Positions 20,499-29,797 of a DNA stretch of 64,000 nt are shown in pieces. Numbering within the stretch: the stretch's first letter is position 1; every line of letters starts with the position of its first letter. The DNA lies in assembly GCA_964351315.1 (NCBI GenBank), contig CAYGNH010000005.1, positions 145,576 to 209,575 on the forward strand, written 5' to 3'. Under the pieces are notes generated by a model. It saw only the letters and a program-made list of their open reading frames with translations, was not told the origin of the DNA and did not search any database. Source of the DNA: an uncultured Pseudobdellovibrionaceae bacterium (GTDB lineage: Bacteria > Bdellovibrionota > Bdellovibrionia > Bdellovibrionales > JAGQZY01). A program made the position numbers and the translations under genes.

Positions 20499-21641
20499 AT
20501 GTCGTTGCGCGTCTTACTTGCGGATGAAAGTGCTTCTATCCGCAAAGTCTTTCAAATGGGACTTCAAGATTACGGTGCTGAGGTAAAAAGTGTCCACAAT
20601 GGCCTCGATGTCGTTGAAGTGGCGCAAAATTACGAACCTCACATCATTTTCGCCGATATCTTATTGCAAAAAAAGAATGGCTACGAAGTCGCCCAAGAAA
20701 TTGGCAGTCACGACTCCCTCAGGTTAACGCCAGTGGTTTTAATGTGGAGCTCTTTTATGGAGCTGGACCAGGGCAAGTACAAATCATGCGGCGCCAAAGC
20801 CGAGCTAGAGAAGCCTTTCGATATCGATAAAATGCGGGGACTGATCAAAGATTTGGTGGAGTCCACCAAATCGCAGCATCTCTCCGATTTTTTGACCTTT
20901 CCAAAAAGCATTTCTGCCGAATTTGCTGAAGAGGAAAACACAAAGCGCCACGGAGGCGAGGCTCCCTCTTCAGTCCAGGCGCCGTCGCCTCCACCTTTCG
21001 ATACAGCCAGTTTTGAATTGAATGAGAGTGATGAGGAAGGGCCCGCACTGTCTCTTGAGGACGACACTCCTGTCCCCGTTGAACTAGAGGCCACATCGGA
21101 ATTCAATAATCAGGCCGGTGAACCAGAGGAGTTTGATATGTATGAAGTCCCCCCCCCTCCTCGCTCGGAGTCCATGGACCAAACTTTTTCTCAAAATTTG
21201 GGTGATCAGTGGGAAGCAAAGCCCTTAAATCAAAACATGAAAAAAGACCCACAAGTCAGTCAAACCCAAGGTGACGACTTGGACCAATTTGAATCCATGG
21301 ATTTAGGGGATGAAAAGAAAATGAATTTGGACGACTTCCTTTATCGTCCCAAAACTCAGAGTGAATTCAAAGATTCAAAATCACACAGTCACTCGACGAC
21401 TCGAACCGGTGAAATTCACAATGTGAATGTTCCAAACTACGACAACCGCACCAACTCGGTCACTCCCAAAGTCATGAGCACTGAAGAAGTGGAAGCTGTC
21501 ATTCGGCAAGAAGTTCGCATCGCCTTGACTAAAATTGTAAAAGAGCAACTGCCCATTATTCTTGAGAAAGTCGTACGCGAAGAATTGGAAAATATCATGC
21601 AACAAGAAATGGCAATCAAAGGTGCTGGCCAAAATCCATGA
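20499..21641 (+). CDS. RomR-like response regulator (receiver domain + Pro/acidic disordered region + conserved helical C-terminus)
   Basis: 380 aa. Receiver: RVLLADES..IRKV...FADILLQKKNGYEV...EKPFD. Low-complexity acidic/Pro region (SPPPF, EVPPPPRSE). C-terminal amphipathic segment EEVEAVIRQEVRIALTKIVKEQLPIILEKVVREELENIMQQE. No DNA-binding or enzymatic output domain seen. Confidence 0.8.
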   Translation: MSLRVLLADESASIRKVFQMGLQDYGAEVKSVHNGLDVVEVAQNYEPHIIFADILLQKKNGYEVAQEIGSHDSLRLTPVVLMWSSFMELDQGKYKSCGAKAELEKPFDIDKMRGLIKDLVESTKSQHLSDFLTFPKSISAEFAEEENTKRHGGEAPSSVQAPSPPPFDTASFELNESDEEGPALSLEDDTPVPVELEATSEFNNQAGEPEEFDMYEVPPPPRSESMDQTFSQNLGDQWEAKPLNQNMKKDPQVSQTQGDDLDQFESMDLGDEKKMNLDDFLYRPKTQSEFKDSKSHSHSTTRTGEIHNVNVPNYDNRTNSVTPKVMSTEEVEAVIRQEVRIALTKIVKEQLPIILEKVVREELENIMQQEMAIKGAGQNP

Positions 21642-22459
21642 CTTCCCAAGATTTGATTAAAAATGCCTTTGCCGAGGACATCCCAAACCTCGACCTCACC
21701 ACAACATCTTTAGCGAAAAAAGAGTCCTTTGGGGTCGCAAAACTGATTGCGAAGCAAGATCTCATCCTTTCAGGTCAGTCCTTGTTTGACGAATGTTTGT
21801 ATTTTCTGGACGACGAGTTGGAAATCACATGGCATTTCAAAAATGGAGATCAAGTCTTAGATCAACAGACGGTGGCTCAGATCAGTGGCAATTTGATTTC
21901 ATTGATCCAGGCCGAGCGCGTGGCCTTAAATTTTCTAGGCTTTCTCAGCGGCATCGCGACTCTCACGGGTCAGTTTGTTAAGGCCTGCGCCGGAACGGAA
22001 ACAAAGATTCTGGACACTCGTAAAACCCTTCCCTTAATGAGAGCCCTCTCAAAGCAAGCGGTCGTCGACGGAGGCGGAGTCAACCACCGGATGAATCTGA
22101 GCGATGGCGTCCTGATCAAAGAAAATCATATTGCCATTGCCGGCTCTATCGAAGCTTGTGTCCAGCAAATTGCCGAAAAAACGGAGCTTCCCATCGAAGT
22201 TGAAACCAAAAGTCCCGATGAGGTCAAAGAGGCCGTCGCTCACGGCGCCCACCGAATCATGTTAGACAATATGAGTCTTGATCAGATGGGTGAATGTCTG
22301 AGATTAATCCCCCCCGGGGTTGAAACGGAAGCCAGCGGCAATATGACTTTAGAGAGAGTGGCCGCCGTCGCGGCCTTGGGTGTGGATTTCATCAGTGTTG
22401 GAGCCCTCACCCATTCGGCAAAGACGGCTGATTTTTCTCTGCTATTTGATTGGAGTTAA
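21638..22459 (+). CDS. nadC: nicotinate-nucleotide diphosphorylase (quinolinate phosphoribosyltransferase)
   Basis: 273 aa. ER.ALNFL...SGIAT, ILDTRKT.P, HR..LSD..LIKENH, MLDNM are typical NadC segments. ATGA overlap with the upstream gene. Confidence 0.9.
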   Translation: MTSQDLIKNAFAEDIPNLDLTTTSLAKKESFGVAKLIAKQDLILSGQSLFDECLYFLDDELEITWHFKNGDQVLDQQTVAQISGNLISLIQAERVALNFLGFLSGIATLTGQFVKACAGTETKILDTRKTLPLMRALSKQAVVDGGGVNHRMNLSDGVLIKENHIAIAGSIEACVQQIAEKTELPIEVETKSPDEVKEAVAHGAHRIMLDNMSLDQMGECLRLIPPGVETEASGNMTLERVAAVAALGVDFISVGALTHSAKTADFSLLFDWS

Positions 22460-22463
22460 AAAA

Positions 22464-23174
22464 ATGTCGATAAACTTACTAACCCACGAATGGGCCCAAT
22501 CGAAAAACTTGGCGTCGTTTTACTACCCCGAAATCACGAGCACCAATGATGTGGCCAAATCCGAATTTGCCACCTCGGGCCAGGATTTTGCGCTGTATTT
22601 AGCCGATCACCAAACCCAGGGACGAGGCCGAGGGCCAAACTCCTGGAACAACCTTAGCAATGGAGAGGTCTTACTCAGCACTTGGTGCTTTCGAACCGAA
22701 ACGCCTCCTCAACCCATACTCACTCCCCTTCTTGGCTTGGCTTTGTATGAGTCCCTTTTCGTTTTCGACTCTTCTCTACCGCTACGTCTAAAAGCCCCCA
22801 ATGATTTGTATCTTGGCGAAGGCAAACTCAGCGGACTGTTGGTGGAAGTTGAACAAAAAGGGGGCGAATCCCTCATTTTCGTCGGTCTTGGCTTAAACGC
22901 CGAAGCCTCACCACAAATTGACACTCCAACATCTTGTCTCAAAGATTTTTCTTCAGCCTATCGCAAAGAGTGGAGACAATTCTGTAAATACCTTTACAAC
23001 CAATTTCTAATTGCCATGGAAAAAGGAATGCAGACAGAAATCGGCGACGATGAACGGGATGACCTCCTTGAAGCACTCAACGCCGGACTGCCTGAAGCCG
23101 AACAATTCCTAGAAGTGTCTCCGCGGTGTGACTTAAAGTCGGCCACAGGAACCATAGCCTGGACCGATCTTTAA
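22464..23174 (+). CDS. birA: biotin--[acetyl-CoA-carboxylase] ligase (no N-terminal HTH domain)
   Basis: DHQTQGRGRGPNSW (GRGRxGRxW-type biotin-binding loop) and KAPNDLYLGEGKLSGLLVE. I chose the ATG at 22464; the ORF-track start at 22380 overlaps nadC by 80 nt. Confidence 0.85.
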   Translation: MSINLLTHEWAQSKNLASFYYPEITSTNDVAKSEFATSGQDFALYLADHQTQGRGRGPNSWNNLSNGEVLLSTWCFRTETPPQPILTPLLGLALYESLFVFDSSLPLRLKAPNDLYLGEGKLSGLLVEVEQKGGESLIFVGLGLNAEASPQIDTPTSCLKDFSSAYRKEWRQFCKYLYNQFLIAMEKGMQTEIGDDERDDLLEALNAGLPEAEQFLEVSPRCDLKSATGTIAWTDL

Positions 23175-23188
23175 CCGGAAGGAAACCC

Positions 23189-23731
23189 ATGGCGAAAGCC
23201 TTTGCTGCAACACTTTTAATTTTATTGGGAATGGTTGCTTTTGTCGTTTATCGCACCGGATATTTTAAACCCGTCACCATTACTTCTGGTCAACAGGGCC
23301 CTTTCTTTTTAGCCTATAAAACCCACGAAGGCCCTTATCATAAAATTGCTCCTGTCATCGACGGAGTCGAACAGTATTTTAAAAGTAAAAATATTGATTG
23401 CCCGTTTGCCTTTGGCCGTTATCTGCACGACCCAAACACAGTCCCCCACGATCGATTGTTATCCCATGGGGGTTGCGTCTTCCCAATTCTCTCTAGCGAA
23501 GTCAAAGCAGCTTTACTGGAGGGGGAACTTCAGTTGGAAGAAGTGGAAAAAAAGGAATACTTGGTCGCTCACTTTGAAGGATCACCCTCTGTCGGCCCCT
23601 TAAAAGTCTATCCTTACGTTCAGCAGTGGCTAGAAAAATACGGCTACAAACAAGAAGGTCCGGTCATCGAACTGTACCAAACCACCGGCGAGGATGCCGT
23701 GCACACCCGTTATCTGTTTCAATACCGCTGA
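23189..23731 (+). CDS. GyrI-like small-molecule-binding domain protein with an N-terminal TM anchor
   Basis: 180 aa. Hydrophobic N-terminus, then a pseudo-twofold GPY...(G)P pattern typical of the GyrI/SbmC-like effector-binding fold (EGPYHKI..., EGPVIELY). Confidence 0.6.
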   Translation: MAKAFAATLLILLGMVAFVVYRTGYFKPVTITSGQQGPFFLAYKTHEGPYHKIAPVIDGVEQYFKSKNIDCPFAFGRYLHDPNTVPHDRLLSHGGCVFPILSSEVKAALLEGELQLEEVEKKEYLVAHFEGSPSVGPLKVYPYVQQWLEKYGYKQEGPVIELYQTTGEDAVHTRYLFQYR

Positions 23732-24081
23732 GTCTCTTGAAGAGCTTTCCATTTGTATTTTAAATAAACAGAGGCGGCCAACAAAGCGACCTTAATCGGC
23801 AGTAAGATCTTGATTAAGCCCGTAAAATGAAACAGGCTCATAACAATGATCAGTGCTATATAGGTATAGAAACAACCACGCATCCAATAGCTTTGCCAAA
23901 GGGATTTGGGATTTTTATTTTTAAATAGTGCCCGCAAGGGAAGCACCACGATCACCAATAGCAAGCCACTTGTTACAACGAGCAACAAAGTGCTGCGCAG
24001 GGACTCCTCAAACGACCACCGCCCCCATAGCCAAAAATGGGCCATCAGGGCGACTAAAAAAAGGAGCCACCGAATCAACAC
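23719..24081 (-). CDS. hypothetical 4-TM membrane protein
   Basis: 120-aa ORF made of hydrophobic helices. No family recognised. Confidence 0.5.
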   Translation of the reverse strand: MLIRWLLFLVALMAHFWLWGRWSFEESLRSTLLLVVTSGLLLVIVVLPLRALFKNKNPKSLWQSYWMRGCFYTYIALIIVMSLFHFTGLIKILLPIKVALLAASVYLKYKWKALQETQRY

Positions 24082-24084
24082 GGA

Positions 24085-26352
24085 TTAATTCTGCTGTTGG
24101 CGCAGAAGGTTCAAAGCCGAACCGGCTTCAAACCATTTAATTTGCTCTTCGTTGTATGTATGAGCCAAAGGCAACGACTCCGTTTTGCCATCACTATGGG
24201 TCACATCAAGACTCAAGTTTTTTCCGGGGGCGAAATCTTTAAGACCGATGATCGCGACACGATCGTCTTCCTGAATTTTATCATAATCAGCTGAATTTAA
24301 AAAAGTTAGAGCTAAAACACCCTGCTTTTTCAAGTTGGTTTCATGAATTCGAGCAAAACTACGAACCACCACAGCACGGGCTCCCAAAAATCGTGGCGAC
24401 ATGGCCGCGTGCTCTCGTGAAGACCCTTCTCCATAATTTTCATCACCGACAATAATCCAATCTTGATTTTTGGCTTTATAGTCTCGACCTATTTTTGCAA
24501 AAGGAACTCCGGTTTCTCCGGTTAACAAGTTTTTACCCGTTCCTGACTCATCGTTGTAGGCATTGGTTGCCGTGATCAACATATTGTCCGAGATATTGTC
24601 TAAATGGCCTCGGTAAGTCAGCCACTTCCCGGCGGGACTAATATGATCGGTGGTGCATTTTCCCTTGGCTTTGGCTAAAACCAACATGTCAGTTAAGTCT
24701 TCACCTTCCCAAGCCGCAAAGGGCTTCAAAAGTTGCAAACGCTTTGAGTCTGCAGCGACCTTGACATCCACGTCAGATCCCTGGGGCTCTTGGTAACCCT
24801 CAAGGTCAGCAACAAATCCATTTTTTGGAAATTCAGGAGCCACTGGAGGTTTCAGTTTAATAGGACCTGTTGGGGTGTCCAATTCATCAGTCAAAGGGTT
24901 AAAATCCAAGCGACCCGCAAGTCCCAGAGCCATCACAGTTTCAGGACTACCAATAAAGCCAAGAGTTTCGGGGTTGGCATCGTTGCGGCCACGAAAGTTA
25001 CGGTTGAAACTGGTAACAATAGTGTTCTTGTCACCCTTTTTAAAATCATCGCGCTTCCACTGACCGATACAAGGTCCGCAAGCATTGGCAAGCACCGTTG
25101 CGCCCACATCATTCAAGGTTTTCATTTGTCCGTCCCGCTCGATGGTGTTCTGAATCATATTGGACCCTGGAGACACCATAAAGGTTTGGGGCATTTCCTT
25201 GAAACCGGCCGCTTTGGCTTGTTCGGCTACATTTGCAGCACGCCCAATATCTTCGTAAGAAGAGTTGGTACAAGACCCAATCAAGGCAGCCGACAAGTCA
25301 GTATCCCAGCCATTTTCTTTCGCGTGCTCTTTGATTTCGGAAATCGAGTGCGCCAAGTCCGGCGTGTGAGGTCCCACCAAGTGAGGCTCTAATTTATCAA
25401 GATCAATTTCAATGACCTGGTCGTAGTACTTTTCAGGGTTGGCTTCGACTTCGGCATCCGGTCCTAACAAATCTTTATTATCGTCTGCAATTTTTGCAAT
25501 CTCGGCGCGACTGGTGACTTCAAGGTAGGCCTTCATGCGAGAATCATAGGGGAAGAGAGAACAAGTGGCTCCAAGTTCGGCCCCCATATTGGTAATGGTC
25601 GCTTTACCGGTACAAGAAATACTTTCTGTCCCCTCGCCAAAATACTCAATGATCCGATTGGTTCCACCTTTAACAGAAAGAATCCCTAAAAGTTTTAAGA
25701 TCACATCTTTCGGTGAGGTCCACCCATGCAGCTTTCCTTTTAAATGAACTCCAACGACCTGCGGGTTCTTCACTTCCCAAGGCAAGCCGGCCATCACGTC
25801 AGAAGCATCAGCGCCCCCAACCCCTACGGCAACCATTCCCAATCCACCGGCATTGGGTGTGTGCGAGTCGGTCCCAATCATCATTCCGCCAGGGAAAGCG
25901 TAGTTTTCAAGAACCACTTGGTGGATAATACCGGCACCCGGCTTCCAAAAACCAATGCCGTAGCGGCTAGAAGCCGTCGAAAGAAATTGAAACACCTCAT
26001 TGTTTTCGATCATCGAATTTTTCATATCTTCGCTGGCGCCCTTGTAGGCCAAAATCAAATGGTCGCAATGAACCGTGGATGGGACCGCAGCCTCATCCTT
26101 ACCTGCCAACATAAACTGCAAAAGAGCCATTTGAGCCGTGGCATCTTGCATGGCCACTCGATCGGGTCGCAACATTAAAAAGCTTTTGCCTCGCTCTAAA
26201 TCCTGGCCTTGGGGATCGTCCAAATGCCCGTACAAAACTTTTTCGGTCATGGTTAGGGGGCGGTTGAGACGCTGTTTGATGATCTTCAGACGTTTTCGGG
26301 TGTTTTCATAAGTTTTTTCAACAAGTTGGGTGGTGGTCTCAATGGTCGCCAT
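24085..26352 (-). CDS. acn: aconitate hydratase, mitochondrial (ACO2) type
   Basis: About 755 aa from the ATG at 26352 (AAGGAG 9 nt upstream; the ORF-track start at 26388 is less likely). [65 protein letters not shown] and the C-terminal W.AGSALN are collinear with mammalian mitochondrial aconitase from memory. Confidence 0.95.
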   Translation of the reverse strand: MATIETTTQLVEKTYENTRKRLKIIKQRLNRPLTMTEKVLYGHLDDPQGQDLERGKSFLMLRPDRVAMQDATAQMALLQFMLAGKDEAAVPSTVHCDHLILAYKGASEDMKNSMIENNEVFQFLSTASSRYGIGFWKPGAGIIHQVVLENYAFPGGMMIGTDSHTPNAGGLGMVAVGVGGADASDVMAGLPWEVKNPQVVGVHLKGKLHGWTSPKDVILKLLGILSVKGGTNRIIEYFGEGTESISCTGKATITNMGAELGATCSLFPYDSRMKAYLEVTSRAEIAKIADDNKDLLGPDAEVEANPEKYYDQVIEIDLDKLEPHLVGPHTPDLAHSISEIKEHAKENGWDTDLSAALIGSCTNSSYEDIGRAANVAEQAKAAGFKEMPQTFMVSPGSNMIQNTIERDGQMKTLNDVGATVLANACGPCIGQWKRDDFKKGDKNTIVTSFNRNFRGRNDANPETLGFIGSPETVMALGLAGRLDFNPLTDELDTPTGPIKLKPPVAPEFPKNGFVADLEGYQEPQGSDVDVKVAADSKRLQLLKPFAAWEGEDLTDMLVLAKAKGKCTTDHISPAGKWLTYRGHLDNISDNMLITATNAYNDESGTGKNLLTGETGVPFAKIGRDYKAKNQDWIIVGDENYGEGSSREHAAMSPRFLGARAVVVRSFARIHETNLKKQGVLALTFLNSADYDKIQEDDRVAIIGLKDFAPGKNLSLDVTHSDGKTESLPLAHTYNEEQIKWFEAGSALNLLRQQQN

Positions 26353-26495
26353 AGAGGTGGACTCCTTGTCATTTGGTTTGCATCCCACAGTATGACAATC
26401 CCTCCCCTTTGACTAGAACGACCGCAGCAAGACTGGAGGTAAGGGTAAGTAAATCCAACAATTTTAGGATTTATTCTTAATCCTGACGGGACAAG

Positions 26496-28157
26496 ATGTT
26501 AAACCGCCTAAACAGACAAGGGACAATTCAAATGCAGGACAAAACTCCTTCCTCATTGCCATGGTGGCAAGGGGGCTCTTTGTATCAGGTTTACCCCCGA
26601 AGCTTTCGCGACGGCAACGGCGATGGGGTTGGCGATATCCAAGGCCTATTACAAAATCTCGATTATATCGAAAAACTGGGTGTCAGTGGCTTGTGGCTCG
26701 GCCCCGTGTTCCAAAGCCCCATGGTCGACTTTGGATACGACGTCGCCGATTACTACTCCTTAGATCCCTCATTCGGCGACATGGGCCTCTTCGAAAAGTT
26801 CCTGGAGCATTGTCAGAAAAAGAATTTAAAAGTGATTTTGGATTTGGTACTCAGTCACACCTCTGAACAGCATCAATGGTTTCAACAAAGTGAGACCGAT
26901 CCCACCGGTCCCTACGCCGATTGGTATGTTTGGGCCGATGCAAAACCTGATGGGTCTGCCCCCAACAACTGGCTGTCTGTTTTTGGTGGCTCCGCCTGGA
27001 CTTTTTCTGAAAAACGAAATCAATACTATCTCCATAATTTTTTAAAAGAGCAGCCCGATCTAAATTTTCACAACCAATCCCTGCGTAACGAACTTTTAAA
27101 GATCGTTGATTTCTGGTTAGAAAAAGGGGTGGATGGATTTCGCCTGGATGCCTGCAATTGTTACTTCCATAACCCAAGCCTCAATGACAACCCTGTGGCC
27201 CATGGGGGACAGACCCATGTTCAGGACGAAACCAACCCCTATTTCGATCAAACCCACTTGTTTGACAAAAGCCAACCAGAAAACAAAGTTTTTCTTGAGG
27301 CATTACGAGATCGAGTTGATGCTTACGAAGATCGATTTTTGGTGGGTGAAATTTTTTGTGATCGAGAAGAGGAAACCACCCGCGATTACACTCAACAAGG
27401 CTACCCCCTACATTCGGCCTACAATTTCTCTCTTCTACAAAACCACCGCAACGAAGGAACCTTAAGCGAGCCCATATTAAAGTATTTTAGTATTTCCCGT
27501 TCAACGGCCTGGGCTTTTAGCAACCACGACGTGACCCGCGTGGTGTCGCGATGGCCCGATCGCCTCCCCGTAGATAAGAGAGCCAAGGGCTATTTGACTT
27601 TGTTAGCCGGACTGCCGGGCTTGATCTTTCTTTATCAAGGTGAAGAGTTAGGCTTAACCGAAGCCTTGCTCCCTTCGGAAGTGCGCCAAGACCCCTTTGG
27701 CGAAAATATGCGAAGCTCTTACCCCGGCAGAGACGGTTGTCGCACGCCCCTCCCCTGGGACGAGTCGCAGAATGGAGCAGGCTTCTCCAACTCCACACCC
27801 TGGCTGCCAATTCCTAAAGAGCATTTAGACTTGAACATCAAAAAACAAGAACAAGAAACCACAAGCACCCTACAGCTTTGCCAAAAACTTATGAGGTTTC
27901 GCGAGCAAGAGGATTGCTTGAAGTCCGGAAACATTCAATTTTGGCGAGACGATGAGAATGCCGTGATCTTTTCAAGAAGTTCCAATGAAAAAACATTTAT
28001 TTTTGCCGCCTCTTTCACAGACCAAGTCGTCGAGGTTGAAGACTGTCCACGTTCTATTCTATTAGAAGACCTTTCCGAAGGTTTAGTACTTAGCAGTGGA
28101 ACACTGACGTTGAACCCTGGCGCCCATGGAATTTTACAAATAAAGGATAGCCTGTGA
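26496..28157 (+). CDS. GH13 alpha-glucosidase / oligo-1,6-glucosidase family
   Basis: QVYPRSFRDGNGDGVGD, DLVLSHTS, VDGFRLDA (nucleophile region), VGEIF, FSNHD. An alternative start is the ATG at 26532. Confidence 0.85.
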   Translation: MLNRLNRQGTIQMQDKTPSSLPWWQGGSLYQVYPRSFRDGNGDGVGDIQGLLQNLDYIEKLGVSGLWLGPVFQSPMVDFGYDVADYYSLDPSFGDMGLFEKFLEHCQKKNLKVILDLVLSHTSEQHQWFQQSETDPTGPYADWYVWADAKPDGSAPNNWLSVFGGSAWTFSEKRNQYYLHNFLKEQPDLNFHNQSLRNELLKIVDFWLEKGVDGFRLDACNCYFHNPSLNDNPVAHGGQTHVQDETNPYFDQTHLFDKSQPENKVFLEALRDRVDAYEDRFLVGEIFCDREEETTRDYTQQGYPLHSAYNFSLLQNHRNEGTLSEPILKYFSISRSTAWAFSNHDVTRVVSRWPDRLPVDKRAKGYLTLLAGLPGLIFLYQGEELGLTEALLPSEVRQDPFGENMRSSYPGRDGCRTPLPWDESQNGAGFSNSTPWLPIPKEHLDLNIKKQEQETTSTLQLCQKLMRFREQEDCLKSGNIQFWRDDENAVIFSRSSNEKTFIFAASFTDQVVEVEDCPRSILLEDLSEGLVLSSGTLTLNPGAHGILQIKDSL

Positions 28158-29695
28158 GTTTTATTGACCATGCGGCGATTGGTATTTATTTTTCCATCGT
28201 CTTTTTTATAGGCCTATGGATCAACCGCACCATGAAAGGCGGCGATGATCTTTTTCTAGCCGGGCGCTCTCTTGGTTGGAAAGCCATTGGCTTTTCACTT
28301 TTCGCCTCCAATATTTCCAGCTCCACAATGATAGGTTTAGCTGGCGCCGCCTACACCACCGGCATTGCCATTGCCAACTACGAGTGGATGGCCGCCCTTG
28401 TTCTCATTTTCATGAGCTTTTTCTGTATTCCCGTTTTTCTAAAAAGTCGAATCACCACTTTGCCCGAACTTTTAGAAAAGCGTTTTGATAGTAAAGCCCG
28501 ACTTTACTATTCGGGAATAACGATTTTTCTAAGCATCATTGTCGACACCGCTGGCGGACTCTATGCCGGCGCCTTAGCCTTGCAAATCTTTTTCCCAGGA
28601 ATCGCTATTTGGCAGTACTGCGTAGGTTTAGCACTGTTTGCTGGATTTTATACGGCCTTCGGGGGATTGAAAGCCGTCGTCTACACCGACTTCATTCAAG
28701 CCATCACTTTGCTGGTTGGCTCTTTTGTTCTGACTTACTTGGTTTTTGAAAGAATTGGTTTTTCTTGGGATTCAGTGCAAGCCTCTGTCAAGCCAGAGCA
28801 CCTTTCTCTTTTTCTACCCATCGATGACCCCAACATGCCATGGCTAGGAACCCTTTGGGGACTTCCGGTTTTGGGGTTTTGGTATTGGTCGACCAATCAA
28901 TACATCACGCAAAGAATTTTGGGGGCCAAAGACATTCCCAATGCACGATGGGGCGCACTTCTTGGGGCATTTCTAAAACTGATTCCTCTTTTTACTATGG
29001 TTTTACCCGGAGTTTTTGCCATTCAACTTTTTCCAGGATTAGAAAACCCGGACATGGTCTACCCGACCCTCATCAAAGAAATTCTTCCGGTTGGCCTCAG
29101 TGGCCTTGTAGTAGCCGGCTTGATCGCTGCAATTATGTCGAGTGTGGACTCGACATTGAATTCCGCATCCACCTTGGTTCTGCATGATTTTATTTTCCCA
29201 CGTTATAAAAAAGTTAGCCCCGCCAAGAGTTTAAGAATGGGTCAGATGGCGACTTTTTTCTTTATGATTGTCGCGGCCGCTTGGGCACCCTTTATTGGAA
29301 ATTTGGGGGGACTCTACTTTTATCTGCAACAAGCTTTTGCCGTTTTGGTTCCACCTGTTGTTGTGATCTACATCATGGGTCTGTTCACGCAAAGAGGCTC
29401 CGGCTCGTTAGCCTTTCATACCTTGATTTTTGGACACCTTCTTGGCCTTGGCTTTTTCTTTGCAAATCAAACCCAGTGGCTGCACATCCACTTTACAATT
29501 GGTGCCGGCATGACAACTACCATTTGCTTTGCTTTCTACTGGGTATTGGGAAAAAAGAACAAGAGCGTTTCGGCGATGGAGGTCACAGCGGACGACCTGC
29601 TGCCTCAAAAAGGTTTGGCATTTTGGCAAGATTACCGCCTCTGGGCGGCTTTCAATTTATTTCTTCTGGCCTTAATTCTCTTCTTTTTATTTTGA
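28154..29695 (+). CDS. sodium:solute symporter (SSF/SGLT family)
   Basis: 513 aa with about 13-14 TM helices. The N-terminus IDHAAIGIYFSIVFFIGLW....GGDDLFLAGRSLGW is typical of SSF. The GTG start overlaps the glucosidase stop (GTGA). Confidence 0.85.
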   Translation: MSFIDHAAIGIYFSIVFFIGLWINRTMKGGDDLFLAGRSLGWKAIGFSLFASNISSSTMIGLAGAAYTTGIAIANYEWMAALVLIFMSFFCIPVFLKSRITTLPELLEKRFDSKARLYYSGITIFLSIIVDTAGGLYAGALALQIFFPGIAIWQYCVGLALFAGFYTAFGGLKAVVYTDFIQAITLLVGSFVLTYLVFERIGFSWDSVQASVKPEHLSLFLPIDDPNMPWLGTLWGLPVLGFWYWSTNQYITQRILGAKDIPNARWGALLGAFLKLIPLFTMVLPGVFAIQLFPGLENPDMVYPTLIKEILPVGLSGLVVAGLIAAIMSSVDSTLNSASTLVLHDFIFPRYKKVSPAKSLRMGQMATFFFMIVAAAWAPFIGNLGGLYFYLQQAFAVLVPPVVVIYIMGLFTQRGSGSLAFHTLIFGHLLGLGFFFANQTQWLHIHFTIGAGMTTTICFAFYWVLGKKNKSVSAMEVTADDLLPQKGLAFWQDYRLWAAFNLFLLALILFFLF

Positions 29696-29797
29696 AGTCA
29701 TCTCCATCGGGCAAGGAATCGAATCAGATTCATGGATTCTTCAAGGTTTTTTGAATCTTTACCTTGGTTCACCGAATCTTAGCCTTGGACTTCCTTC

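Noticed and set aside
22380-22463. N-terminal ORF extensions overlap upstream genes or have poor start contexts. Examples are birA 22380, bolA 33264, the receiver at 38318, the GT4 at 57571, rfbD 59815, the RgpF-like gene at 60663, aconitase 26388 and the membrane protein at 57553.
   Set aside because: In each case an internal ATG, GTG or TTG has a better RBS or a coupling overlap (ATGA, GTGA, TAGTG) and gives the expected family N-terminus. The extensions are longest-ORF artefacts.
25915-25930. GGTGGATAA resembles a DnaA box (TGTGGATAA).
   Set aside because: It is a single 8/9 match inside the aconitase coding sequence. There is no cluster, AT-rich unwinding element or dnaA/dnaN context.
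24790-26178. A 200-aa ORF, a 144-aa ORF and smaller plus-strand ORFs lie inside the aconitase gene.
   Set aside because: They are antisense shadow ORFs of a highly conserved gene. No start context or motifs were seen.
29696-29797. Short hairpins (GAATC..GATTC; CAAGGT-N13-ACCTTG) lie between the convergent SSF transporter and top6A genes. I considered them as a bidirectional terminator.
   Set aside because: The stems are only 5-6 bp with large loops and lack flanking U-runs. They are too weak to annotate.
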